Source: Candidatus Omnitrophota bacterium (GTDB lineage Bacteria > Omnitrophota > Gorgyraeia > Duberdicusellales > 4484-171). From it: 32,000 bases of DNA. Below the pieces are notes generated by a model. That model did not search any database. It had not been told where the DNA came from and saw only the letters and a list, made by a program, of their open reading frames with translations. The stretch is taken from positions 16,216-48,215 of the forward strand of contig JAIPHU010000008.1 of the NCBI GenBank assembly GCA_021735045.1. The letters run 5' to 3'. Positions within the stretch are counted from its first letter, which is position 1. Every line of letters begins with the position of its first letter. The translations under genes were made by a program, and so were the position numbers. Below are positions 1 to 8,303 of this stretch, one piece after another.

Positions 1-1812
1 ATCCTTTTCTTTAAGTTGTTCTTTTTTTTGTTTTTTATCTATCCAAATCGCTTTCTTTGAAACTTGAAGGCTGCTAAAGATAAAATCCATATCTAACTCT
101 GCTACTTTATTATTCTGATAAAAAAGAACTAATTCATTAGAATCAGTTACTTCGCCGATAACGGTCATATCTACTTCTTCTTGGGCAAAAATATCTTCTA
201 ACTCCTTGAGCTTATCTTCTTGAGTAAAAAATACCATTCTTTCCTGTGACTCAGATATCCAAATATCGGTATAACTCAACCCCTTATATTTAAGAGGCAC
301 CTTATCCAGGTCAACTTTTGCTCCATAACCTTTAGCTAATTCAGTAACAGCACTAGAAAGCCCCCCGGCCCCACAATCTGTAATTGCAGTAAATAAATCT
401 TTGGCTTGAGCCTGCATCAAGGCGTCTGTAACTTTCTTTTCTTCAATAGGATTGCCAATTTGAACTGCACCGCGCAACCCCATAGCCTCTTGGTCTAATT
501 CTTGTGAAGAAAAAGTGGCCCCATGAATCCCATCTTTACCGGTTCTAGCCCCACAAACTACAATTAAATCTCCTTTTTTAACTTTTTTAAAAGATTTATC
601 AGCAGAGCCGATTCCTAAAGTTCCACAATAAACCAAAGGATTACCTAAAAACCGGTCGTCAAAAAGCACAGACCCTGCCACGGTGGGAATACCCATTCTA
701 TTGCCATAGTCTCTTACCCCAGAAACCACTCCTTTAATAATCCTGCGAGGATGAAGTAATCCCTTAGGTAATTTTTTATCTTCTATTTGCCAATTAGAAA
801 AACAAAAAGCATCTATCGAGGCAAACGGTTTAAAACCGCAACCTGTGCCTAAAACGTCTCTAATTACCCCGCCGATACCGGTTGAAGCACCACCGTAAGG
901 TTCAAGGCTTGAAGGGTGATTGTGAGTTTCAACCTTAAAACAAATGTTTTGGCCTTGATCAAACTTTACGATACCCGAGTTATCATCAAATACAGAGACG
1001 CATTCAGAAGAATCTATTTCTTTTGTTGCTTTCATTATCGTAGATTTAAGTAAATTATTTATTCTCTCTTTTTTTATAGTCTTTCCGTCTTTTTCTTCTT
1101 TGTAATCAATAAGCCCAGAAAAAGTTTTATGGCCACAATGCTCTGACCATAAAACAGCTAAAGTTTCTAACTCACAATCGGTAGGGTTACGTTTCAACTT
1201 CTTAAAATATTCTTGAATTTTTTCCATCTCAAGAATATTTAAAGCTAAACAACCGTCCTTAGAGATTTTTTTTAGCCTCTCTTTATCAGCTCCGAGTATA
1301 TCTATAAGCTTAAGCTCAAACCTATAACTGCCAGCCACCAACTGAGATAAACTTTTTAAATCTTTTAGCTTTTTATAGTCTGCAACTTGTTCGATGACTG
1401 GATTATAGATAACTTTAGGCCCTAAAGACTGGATTTGGGCCTGATTTAGACCTTCAAAATGATAAACGGTAGCGGTATGGACTTGCGTAACATCTAGCGA
1501 TAAATCGCCAATGGCTTTTTTTAAAGAAGCAGCAACAGAATCAAAAACTCCAGGATGATAAACCACCATAACTTCTTGTGGGGAAGGTTCTTGGGTAAAA
1601 ATACCTTGGCTAACAGAATATTGTTCAGTGATGGGGTCGATTAAAAGCTTTTCTGCAACCTGCTCTATTTTTGCAAGTTTAAGCTCTGCCTCAATAAGAT
1701 ATACTTTTTTTGTGGTTAAAGAAAAATCTTGAAACCCTAAATCCTTTATTTGGGATTTAAGGTCCTCATTTTCCTCTTTTTTCTTAGAGAATACATCTAT
1801 CCTCCAAATCAT
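1..1812 (-). CDS. purL: FGAM synthase PurL with two N-terminal PurS-like repeats; the C-terminal part lies beyond the window start
   Basis: Not in the ORF track because it has no stop in the window. My minus-strand translation from ATG 1812..1810 (AGGAG 4 nt upstream) stays open to base 1. It contains WSEHCGHKTF, ETHNHPSSLEPYGGASTGIGGVIRD, GNPLVYCGTLG and TGKDGIHGATFSS. The first ~170 aa carry two PurS-like segments ending LLIDPITEQY and VIYNPVIEQV. Confidence 0.85.
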   Translation of the reverse strand, partial: MIWRIDVFSKKKEENEDLKSQIKDLGFQDFSLTTKKVYLIEAELKLAKIEQVAEKLLIDPITEQYSVSQGIFTQEPSPQEVMVVYHPGVFDSVAASLKKAIGDLSLDVTQVHTATVYHFEGLNQAQIQSLGPKVIYNPVIEQVADYKKLKDLKSLSQLVAGSYRFELKLIDILGADKERLKKISKDGCLALNILEMEKIQEYFKKLKRNPTDCELETLAVLWSEHCGHKTFSGLIDYKEEKDGKTIKKERINNLLKSTIMKATKEIDSSECVSVFDDNSGIVKFDQGQNICFKVETHNHPSSLEPYGGASTGIGGVIRDVLGTGCGFKPFASIDAFCFSNWQIEDKKLPKGLLHPRRIIKGVVSGVRDYGNRMGIPTVAGSVLFDDRFLGNPLVYCGTLGIGSADKSFKKVKKGDLIVVCGARTGKDGIHGATFSSQELDQEAMGLRGAVQIGNPIEEKKVTDALMQAQAKDLFTAITDCGAGGLSSAVTELAKGYGAKVDLDKVPLKYKGLSYTDIWISESQERMVFFTQEDKLKELEDIFAQEEVDMTVIGEVTDSNELVLFYQNNKVAELDMDFIFSSLQVSKKAIWIDKKQKKEQLKEKD

Positions 1813-1830
1813 AAAACTCCTGATTTTAAG

Positions 1831-1862
1831 TGATTAATTGATTAATTTGTTAATTTGTCAAA
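1831..1862. repeat. Tandem octamer array (TGATTAAT TGATTAAT TTGTTAAT TTGTCAAA) in the purB-purL spacer
   Basis: Read directly from the sequence. This is a weaker relative of the TRGTTAAT arrays at 16252, 17901, 22959 and 23392. Confidence 0.7.
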
Positions 1863-1870
1863 AGGCGGGT

Positions 1871-3163
1871 TTAACTTAAATTAAACCTTTTATAAATTTT
1901 ATCTATATTCGACAGATAGTTATAAGGATTAAATATTTTATCCAAGGTTTTTTTGGCTAAAATATTTTTTATCTTTTTGTTGTTATATACTTCTTCTTTA
2001 AAACTGGAATTATTGTTGATTACCCCTAAAGAAATTTTCTGAACTAAATCATAAGCTTCCATTCTGGATAAACCTTTTTTCATAAGTTCAGTTAGCACTT
2101 TCTGAGAATATACTATCCCTCGATTAAGCTCAATGTTTCTAAGCATATCTTTAGAGTTAACATTTATTCTGGATATAACTTCTTTAAACTTTTGCAACAT
2201 ATAATCTATAATTATAGTTGAATCAGGAATAATAACCCTTTCTACTGAAGAATGCGAAATATCCCGCTCATGCCAAAGATTTATATTTTCAGAAGCAGCA
2301 AATGCATTAGATCTAAGTAAACGAGCCAGGCCACAAATTCTTTCTGAAACTATCGGATTTTGTTTATGCGGCATGGCTGATGAACCCTTTTGACCCTGGT
2401 AAAAAGGCTCTTTTGCTTCATTAACTTCTGTTCTGTGCAGATGCCTTATTTCAGTAGCAAACCTTTCCAGAGTTGATCCGATCAAAGAAAGTAAAAATAA
2501 AAAATAAGCGAACCTCTCTCGCGAAACTATTTGAGTCGAAACTTTTGCCCTGTTGATCCCTATCTTTTTACAAATATAGTCCTCGGTGCTTGGGCCAAAA
2601 TAAGCAAATGTCCCTACAGCTCCAGAAATTTTTCCGCAAACTATATAATCAAGGCCATCAGATAATTTTTGCCTTTCTTCTAGTAGGTCATTATATAAAT
2701 AAAGAAATTTTAAACCAAAGCTATAAATCTCAGCATGCATCCCATGAGTCCGAGCCATACAAATTGTATCTTTATATTTTATTGCTTTCTTTTTAGTTAT
2801 AGCTATCAACTTATCTAGATCAGATAAAATAATCTTACAAGCATCTTTTATCTGCCATGCTAACGTTGTATCTAATAAATCTGAAGAAGTAAGGCCACGA
2901 TGAAGAAATTGTGCAGCAGGCCCAATTTGGCTAGATATATGTTTTAGAAAAGCTACAATGTCATGGCGAGTTTTTTTCTCAATATCTTTTATCTTGCTAG
3001 TTGAGATCTTTACCTTAGAAAACTTTTTACTAGTTCCTTTGGGTATTTTCTTTTGTTTTTCTAGAGCTTCACAAAGCAAGGCTTCAATTTTTAAAAAACG
3101 CCTAAACTTTTCATTTTCTTGCCAAATTTTACCTATTTTCTCGGGGGTATATCTTTTAATCAA
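1871..3163 (-). CDS. purB: Adenylosuccinate lyase
   Basis: 430 aa with the fumarate-lyase signature GSSAMPHKQNP. TTG start at 3163 is preceded by AGGAGG with a 5-nt spacer. Adjacent to purL. Confidence 0.9.
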   Translation of the reverse strand: MIKRYTPEKIGKIWQENEKFRRFLKIEALLCEALEKQKKIPKGTSKKFSKVKISTSKIKDIEKKTRHDIVAFLKHISSQIGPAAQFLHRGLTSSDLLDTTLAWQIKDACKIILSDLDKLIAITKKKAIKYKDTICMARTHGMHAEIYSFGLKFLYLYNDLLEERQKLSDGLDYIVCGKISGAVGTFAYFGPSTEDYICKKIGINRAKVSTQIVSRERFAYFLFLLSLIGSTLERFATEIRHLHRTEVNEAKEPFYQGQKGSSAMPHKQNPIVSERICGLARLLRSNAFAASENINLWHERDISHSSVERVIIPDSTIIIDYMLQKFKEVISRINVNSKDMLRNIELNRGIVYSQKVLTELMKKGLSRMEAYDLVQKISLGVINNNSSFKEEVYNNKKIKNILAKKTLDKIFNPYNYLSNIDKIYKRFNLS

Positions 3164-3282
3164 ACTTGCCTCCTGTATAAATTTTGCGGGAATCTAATAT
3201 ATAGTATGTTAATGTACTGGTTTGCTCCTATATAGAATACAATATTAGCAGAAGTGGCTAAACCAGTCAATTAAAATATATT

Positions 3283-4077
3283 TCAAAAACTTTCCTGGTC
3301 TGAGGGGAAAGTTCCTTTTTTTATGGCTTGATCAAATGAATTTATTGCTTTTTTTACTTGTCTAGATAAATCAAAAAAAGTTCTTACAAACTTCATATTA
3401 TTAGGATAAAGGCCCAATAGATCGTACAAAACTAAAACTTGACCTTTACAATATTTTCCTGCACCAATGCCAATAGTAGGAATATCTAGGCTATCAGTAA
3501 TCTCTTTGGCAATATCTTTTTTTATACATTCTAAAACAATACTAAATACACCTAAGTCTTGTAGTTGTTCGGCCTGCTTGATTAAATTATTAGCAGATTC
3601 TCTATCTTTACCTTGCACCTTGTATCCACCTAAAAGATGAACCGTCTGGGGAGTAAGCCCAATATGGCCCATAACCCAAATATTATTTTTTACTAAATCC
3701 TTAACTATTTTTTTGCAGCCTCTAAACCACTCTATTTTAACTCCGTCAGCTCCAGCTTGAATAAATTTTTTTGCAACTTCTAAGGGTTTACTAGATTTTT
3801 TTTGACAGCCTAAATAAGGAATATCAGCAATGACTAATTTATCTGGTGCCCCTTTAGAAACTGCTTGAGTATGATTAAGCATCTCCTCGATAGTTACTTC
3901 TTTTGTATCAGAAAGGCCTAAAGAAACATTCGCTAAAGAATCTCCTACTAAAATAATATCAACGTTAGTTTGAGCTAAGGCACAGGCAAAAGAATAATCA
4001 TAGCAAGTAACCATCGATATCCTTTTTTCTCTGGATATAACTTGTTCAATTTTTGGTTTATTTTTTTTCATGCTCAT
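3283..4077 (-). CDS. panB: 3-methyl-2-oxobutanoate hydroxymethyltransferase
   Basis: 264 aa. Has VTCYDYSFA...ILVGDSLANV and the GADGVKIE TIM-barrel pattern typical of PanB. The start could also be the second ATG at 4071. Confidence 0.88.
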   Translation of the reverse strand: MSMKKNKPKIEQVISREKRISMVTCYDYSFACALAQTNVDIILVGDSLANVSLGLSDTKEVTIEEMLNHTQAVSKGAPDKLVIADIPYLGCQKKSSKPLEVAKKFIQAGADGVKIEWFRGCKKIVKDLVKNNIWVMGHIGLTPQTVHLLGGYKVQGKDRESANNLIKQAEQLQDLGVFSIVLECIKKDIAKEITDSLDIPTIGIGAGKYCKGQVLVLYDLLGLYPNNMKFVRTFFDLSRQVKKAINSFDQAIKKGTFPSDQESF

Positions 4078-4086
4078 CTTAATTTA

Positions 4087-4240
4087 AAAAAGGGGACGTT
4101 TCCCTAATTTATAACTTTTTGGCTAACAAGAACTTACAACTCAACGTTTTTCAACTATTTCCCCTTTTTACTTTGAAAAACCCTCTTTTATAACTTGTTT
4201 GCTATCAATAACTTATATAAGAGGGAAACGTCCCCTTTTT
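4087..4240. repeat. 154-bp unit bounded by perfect 19-bp inverted repeats (AAAAAGGGGACGTTTCCCT ... AGGGAAACGTCCCCTTTTT)
   Basis: 4087..4105 is the exact reverse complement of 4222..4240. The unit fills the apbE-panB spacer, and its interior carries three ATAACTT direct repeats. Confidence 0.85.
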
Positions 4241-4241
4241 G

Positions 4242-5174
4242 TTAGTTTATTTTTTCTATTCCAGTTTTGGTTACAAAATAAGCAGTAATCGCCGGGTCAT
4301 CCTTTATAATTCCTTTTGCAAATTCTTTTCCATTTATAAAAAAAGTTGTAGCCAGCACATCTGCTTTCATGCATTCATCTGCTACAACCGTTACCCCTAA
4401 AAATTTTTTATCAATTGGATAGCCGGTTCGCGGATCAACGATATGAGAATAACTCTTGGCGGACTTTTCATAAAGTTGTTCATAGTTACCTGACGTTGCA
4501 ACGGCAGCATCAGTTACTTCTATAATTTTGGCAATACTGCCTGAACCTTTTATCCCAACCTGCCAGGGTTTCCCTTGATTTTTACCCAAACAATACAACT
4601 CTCCGCCAGCATTAACCAAAGCATTCTTTACCCCATTTTTTTTTAACTTTAATACAGCTTTATCTACCATATAGCCTTTGGCAATACCTGAAAAATCAAA
4701 AGTTATCCGATCGTCTTTGATTTTAATTGTTTTGTCCGGCTCATTAAGTTTAACACTATCAAGACCTCCAACATCTTTTAGTTGTGCCACTTTAACTGAA
4801 TCGGGAAGTTTAGTGTTTTGTTTATCTTTTCCCCATTTTTTCCAAAAACTATATAACTTAGCTTTTGTTATATCAAAAGCCCCCTGGCTTAGTTTATAAT
4901 ATTTTTTAGCTGCTTTTATAAGTTCGATTAGTTCATCAGACAGCTTATAAACTCCATTTTTACTTTTATTTAACCGATAACTTTCAGATTTCTTGTTATA
5001 ACTATTAAATATTAAATCTAACCTGCTGAACTCTTGGTAGACAAGTTTTGCAGCACGTTTATCCCGAGATTGTACTTCCAGATATGTACCAGATATAATA
5101 AATCTATCTTTGTTTAGGGAAGGTGTACAAGAAAGAAAAAATAAGAAAAATAAAATTATAGCTTTTTTAAGCAT
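4242..5174 (-). CDS. apbE: FAD:protein FMN transferase (ApbE family) lipoprotein
   Basis: 310 aa. Signal peptide with lipobox FFLSC, the GIAKGY motif and overall ApbE-like layout. Confidence 0.8.
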   Translation of the reverse strand: MLKKAIILFFLFFLSCTPSLNKDRFIISGTYLEVQSRDKRAAKLVYQEFSRLDLIFNSYNKKSESYRLNKSKNGVYKLSDELIELIKAAKKYYKLSQGAFDITKAKLYSFWKKWGKDKQNTKLPDSVKVAQLKDVGGLDSVKLNEPDKTIKIKDDRITFDFSGIAKGYMVDKAVLKLKKNGVKNALVNAGGELYCLGKNQGKPWQVGIKGSGSIAKIIEVTDAAVATSGNYEQLYEKSAKSYSHIVDPRTGYPIDKKFLGVTVVADECMKADVLATTFFINGKEFAKGIIKDDPAITAYFVTKTGIEKIN

Positions 5175-5194
5175 TTATGTTCTGCTTTATATTC

Positions 5195-5626
5195 TTAGCG
5201 CTTTTTTATAAAAGTAGCTACGACTTTATTTTTTATACCGCCTCGACAACTAAATTCAGCAGTTACTTCTATCTTTCGGGGTTTTAATACTTTTTTTAAA
5301 TCTTCAACTATTTTATTTACGACATGTTCATTGTAAATCTTTACATTGCGAAATGCATAAATATAGTATTTTAAAGATTTCAACTCAATCAATTTTTTAT
5401 AAGGCGTATATTGTATTGTTAAACAAGCAAAATCAGGAAGGCCAGAATAAGGACAGACACAACTAAACTCTTGCGAACTTAATTGAATATTGATTATTTT
5501 TTTTGGGTATTGATAAGAAATAGTCTGCAAAATTGAAGTATCAATATCTTCAGGCAAAAAACTTTTTGATACAGTCTTTTTTGCTTTTTTTTCTATCGGA
5601 GATACTTTTCGTTTTTCATAAATCAT
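5195..5626 (-). CDS. queF: NADPH-dependent 7-cyano-7-deazaguanine (preQ0) reductase, unimodular type
   Basis: 143 aa. Catalytic Cys context EFSCVCPYSGLPDF and the QueF motif ELKSLKYY. Confidence 0.88.
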   Translation of the reverse strand: MIYEKRKVSPIEKKAKKTVSKSFLPEDIDTSILQTISYQYPKKIINIQLSSQEFSCVCPYSGLPDFACLTIQYTPYKKLIELKSLKYYIYAFRNVKIYNEHVVNKIVEDLKKVLKPRKIEVTAEFSCRGGIKNKVVATFIKKR

Positions 5627-5634
5627 AGCGTTTT

Positions 5635-5643
5635 ATTATACCA
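5635..5643 (-). promoter_or_regulatory. Extended -10 element TGGTATAAT upstream of queF
   Basis: The minus strand reads TGGTATAAT-AAAACGCT-ATG. There is no Shine-Dalgarno, so the predicted transcript start falls within 0-2 nt of the ATG. Confidence 0.4.
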
Positions 5644-5683
5644 AAATTACTTTTTATTTCCACCCTTCTTCTTAATCTCAAAA

Positions 5684-6448
5684 CTAAAGCGATGAAACAA
5701 ACTTTGAAGCCAAAGGGTGAGGAAATAATAAACTTCTTTGGAATAGATTCCCTAAATCAAAATGATAAGCTAGAAACTTCTCAATAATCTCTGCTATTTC
5801 TTTTTGACAATGCGAACTTAACTGGAGACGGCTAGCAACTGCTATTGAATTATTTTGTATATAGTTAAATGCTTTTGATGTTTCTTTACTTATGCTTTTA
5901 TAGTCTTTATAGTTTTTACAGCATTCAAAACAAAGAAGCCCACCCCGTCTAGTACTAAAAAAACGGGGGCCTTTAATTAATTTTTGACAAATTATACAAT
6001 GATTTAACTCTGGTTTTATACCAGCTAGAGTTAAAAATTTAATCAAGAAGAGATAAAATGCTTTAGTATAGTCCTTTTCAATTAAACGCATACAATGAAA
6101 AACAAGATTAAAGATATATCTATTTTTATCCCAAAGCTGCATAGTCTTATCTAATAATTTGAAAAAAAATCCAGCTACTGCAGCTTTTTCTAAACTATCT
6201 TTTAAGTAAGAAAACTCAGCAATAAGATCTGCCTGTGATACTAACCAAATTTCACTTTCTTTAGGATAAAATATAAATTCATTTAAGCTAAAGATATCTA
6301 AAGAAGTAGAAAACTCTTTTTTTTGCCGGTAAAAACCCTTAAATATTCCTCTAATTTTGCCAAAGTTATGTAGATAAAGAGTAGCAATCGTGCTTGTCTC
6401 ACCGAAATTAAATCTTTTTAAAACAAAACCTATATCTTTTTTAATCAT
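5684..6448 (-). CDS. recO: DNA repair protein RecO
   Basis: 254 aa. N-terminal OB-like region (VLKRFNFGETS) and C-terminal zinc motif CIIC...CFECC. Its start overlaps the ybeY stop by 1 nt. Confidence 0.8.
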   Translation of the reverse strand: MIKKDIGFVLKRFNFGETSTIATLYLHNFGKIRGIFKGFYRQKKEFSTSLDIFSLNEFIFYPKESEIWLVSQADLIAEFSYLKDSLEKAAVAGFFFKLLDKTMQLWDKNRYIFNLVFHCMRLIEKDYTKAFYLFLIKFLTLAGIKPELNHCIICQKLIKGPRFFSTRRGGLLCFECCKNYKDYKSISKETSKAFNYIQNNSIAVASRLQLSSHCQKEIAEIIEKFLAYHFDLGNLFQRSLLFPHPLASKFVSSL

Positions 6449-6876
6449 TAGCCTACTTCTATTTTTTTAAATTTAGCAAGAACTTTTTGCTGTTTTTTTT
6501 CCATTTTTTTTCTTTGCAGAAGAGTTTTATCCTTAAAACCGATAAGATGTAATATACCATGAATAGTATAAAGCAATAGTTCTTTTTGCCAATTAAGCTG
6601 CAGTTCTTCTGCCACCAAAACTGCTTCCTCCACCGAAACGACCACCTCTCCTAAATAGTTTGGTTCCAGATCATCAGCTAAGGGAAATGAGATAACATCA
6701 GTAACGGCGTTTTTATTAAAATGGTTATAATTTAACTCCGTTATAAACTGATTGTTGCAAAAAACAAAAGAAGCTTTTTTTTCTTTAATTGAAAGATAAA
6801 AAAATATCTTTTTTAAATATCTTTTTAAATTTTTTGTATTTAATTTTTTGATTTTTTGTTGATTCAATATTTCCAT
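6448..6876 (-). CDS. ybeY: rRNA maturation endoribonuclease YbeY (variant metal motif)
   Basis: 142 aa. The HGILHLIGFKD motif aligns to the canonical HGxLHLxGYDH. Conserved phoH / HD / ybeY / recO neighbourhood. Confidence 0.85.
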   Translation of the reverse strand: MEILNQQKIKKLNTKNLKRYLKKIFFYLSIKEKKASFVFCNNQFITELNYNHFNKNAVTDVISFPLADDLEPNYLGEVVVSVEEAVLVAEELQLNWQKELLLYTIHGILHLIGFKDKTLLQRKKMEKKQQKVLAKFKKIEVG

Positions 6877-6895
6877 GTAAAATCTAATATATCCT

Positions 6896-6935
6896 CATAA
6901 AAATATGTAGGGCAGATTGCAATGTGCCCCTACAT
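6896..6935 (-). terminator. Rho-independent terminator-like hairpin after the 7TM-HD gene
   Basis: The minus strand reads ATGTAGGGGCACATTGCAATCTGCCCTACAT (8-bp stem plus 2 more bp after a bulge), followed by ATTTTTAT. Confidence 0.5.
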
Positions 6936-6939
6936 TTAT

Positions 6940-8298
6940 TTAACCATTTTTCTTATCTTTGGGATAATTAATTCTGGTATGAAATGTTGCAGTTAATATA
7001 CGGATAAAACTTTGGGTAATTTTTTCTAGATCTTTTAAGGTGAGGTTACTTTCGTCTAATTCACCTTCCATAAAACGTTTCTTTACAACTTCTCTAATCA
7101 TCTCCTCTATCCTAGCCGGATTCGGCTCAGAAACCGTTCGCGAAATTGCCTCTACTGAATCAGCCAAAGCTACGATAGCAATTTCTTTAGATTGAGGCTT
7201 AGGCCCAGGGTATTTATACTCTTCCTCATGCTTAAGGTCAGGTTCAATCTCTTTGGCCCGATGATAAAAATAGTAGACTAAAGTTTTACCGTGATGTTGA
7301 CGAATAAAGTTAATTATTTGGGGATTAATATGATATTTCTTAGCCAATTCAACCCCTTCTTTAACATGATTAAAAATAATCAGTTTACTCATAGAAGGTT
7401 TCAATTTTTTATGCATATCTTTATAGTTTACCAAATTTTCTACAAAATATTGAGGTTTAATCAACTTTCCTATATCATGATAGTAAGCACCTACCCGAAC
7501 AAGCAACGAATTAGCTCCAATAGATTCTGCTGCCGCCTCACTTAAATTAGCCATAACTAAAGAATGCTGGTAAGTCCCCGGGGCTTCTAATATTAGGCGC
7601 CTCATTAAAGGATGGTTGAAGTCCGAAAGCTCAAGTAAAGAGATATTAGTAAGCACTTTAAATATGAATTCAAAAATAGGAAGTATACCTAAGACAATAA
7701 TTGAAGACAAAATGCCATTAATCAAACATATCTTAAGTAGCCCTAAATCTATCGTAGAAAATACTAAAAAACTATTCTTACCTTCTAAAATATAGGCAAT
7801 AATAAATTGGACAACTCCGGCTAAAAATCCAGCTCGAATCACCTGAAACCTTCTCCTAACCCGAAAGCTAAACAAAGAAGCTACCAAGGAAGCTATAAAT
7901 AAACTCAAAGCTACACTAAAACTCCGATCAGAAACTTCACCAGCCAAAATAGCAATAAAAAGCGAAAAAACAAATGATAGCTCTAAATTTTCAAATAATA
8001 AAGTAATTAAAATGGCAAAACCTATAGCGGCTATCCCATAACCAGGTATCTTAAATATTATTGTGGTAAGTACCGGAACTAAAATGGCAATTATAGTAAG
8101 TATGGATAAGTCTAGAAAAAACGGTAAGTTGTCTGGTTTACGAAAAAATTGTAAATAAATAAACAATACTGCAATTAATGCTAGCAAGGAAAAATTAATT
8201 GAATAAAGGAAAAAAATAAAAGCTGCAACCAAAAAGAAAGCACAGCCAATTATTGTATGTTTAAGATTTATTTTATTTTTACCTAATGAAATATTCAT
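6940..8298 (-). CDS. Membrane HD-domain phosphohydrolase (PgpH/YqfF-like 7TM-HD) lacking the N-terminal extracellular domain
   Basis: 452 aa. About 225 aa of multiple hydrophobic helices followed by an HD domain (GAYYHDIGKL, IRQHHG). It sits between phoH and ybeY, as in Firmicutes. Confidence 0.8.
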   Translation of the reverse strand: MNISLGKNKINLKHTIIGCAFFLVAAFIFFLYSINFSLLALIAVLFIYLQFFRKPDNLPFFLDLSILTIIAILVPVLTTIIFKIPGYGIAAIGFAILITLLFENLELSFVFSLFIAILAGEVSDRSFSVALSLFIASLVASLFSFRVRRRFQVIRAGFLAGVVQFIIAYILEGKNSFLVFSTIDLGLLKICLINGILSSIIVLGILPIFEFIFKVLTNISLLELSDFNHPLMRRLILEAPGTYQHSLVMANLSEAAAESIGANSLLVRVGAYYHDIGKLIKPQYFVENLVNYKDMHKKLKPSMSKLIIFNHVKEGVELAKKYHINPQIINFIRQHHGKTLVYYFYHRAKEIEPDLKHEEEYKYPGPKPQSKEIAIVALADSVEAISRTVSEPNPARIEEMIREVVKKRFMEGELDESNLTLKDLEKITQSFIRILTATFHTRINYPKDKKNG

Positions 8299-8303
8299 AT
8301 TTT

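Noticed and set aside
2590-3197. Plus-strand ORFs 2590..2796 (68 aa) and 2958..3197 (79 aa)
   Set aside because: Both lie entirely antisense to the well-supported purB gene. They are low-complexity and Leu/Phe/Ile-rich, as expected from antisense reading of AT-rich coding DNA, and have no ribosome-binding site or recognisable motif.
3164-3282. Searched the panB-purB spacer and all other long spacers for tRNA or small RNA genes
   Set aside because: This spacer has an 8-bp inverted repeat (ACTGGTTT ... AAACCAGT) with a ~30-nt loop. That is consistent with a weak post-panB hairpin. I could find no cloverleaf, conserved T-loop (GTTCRA) or known riboswitch core here or in the other spacers.
4678-4899. 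Plus-strand ORF of 73 aa inside apbE
   Set aside because: Antisense to a confident CDS. It has no motifs and its composition is typical of a spurious shadow ORF.
7291-7545. Plus-strand ORF of 84 aa inside the 7TM-HD gene
   Set aside because: Antisense shadow ORF within the HD-domain coding region, with no independent support.
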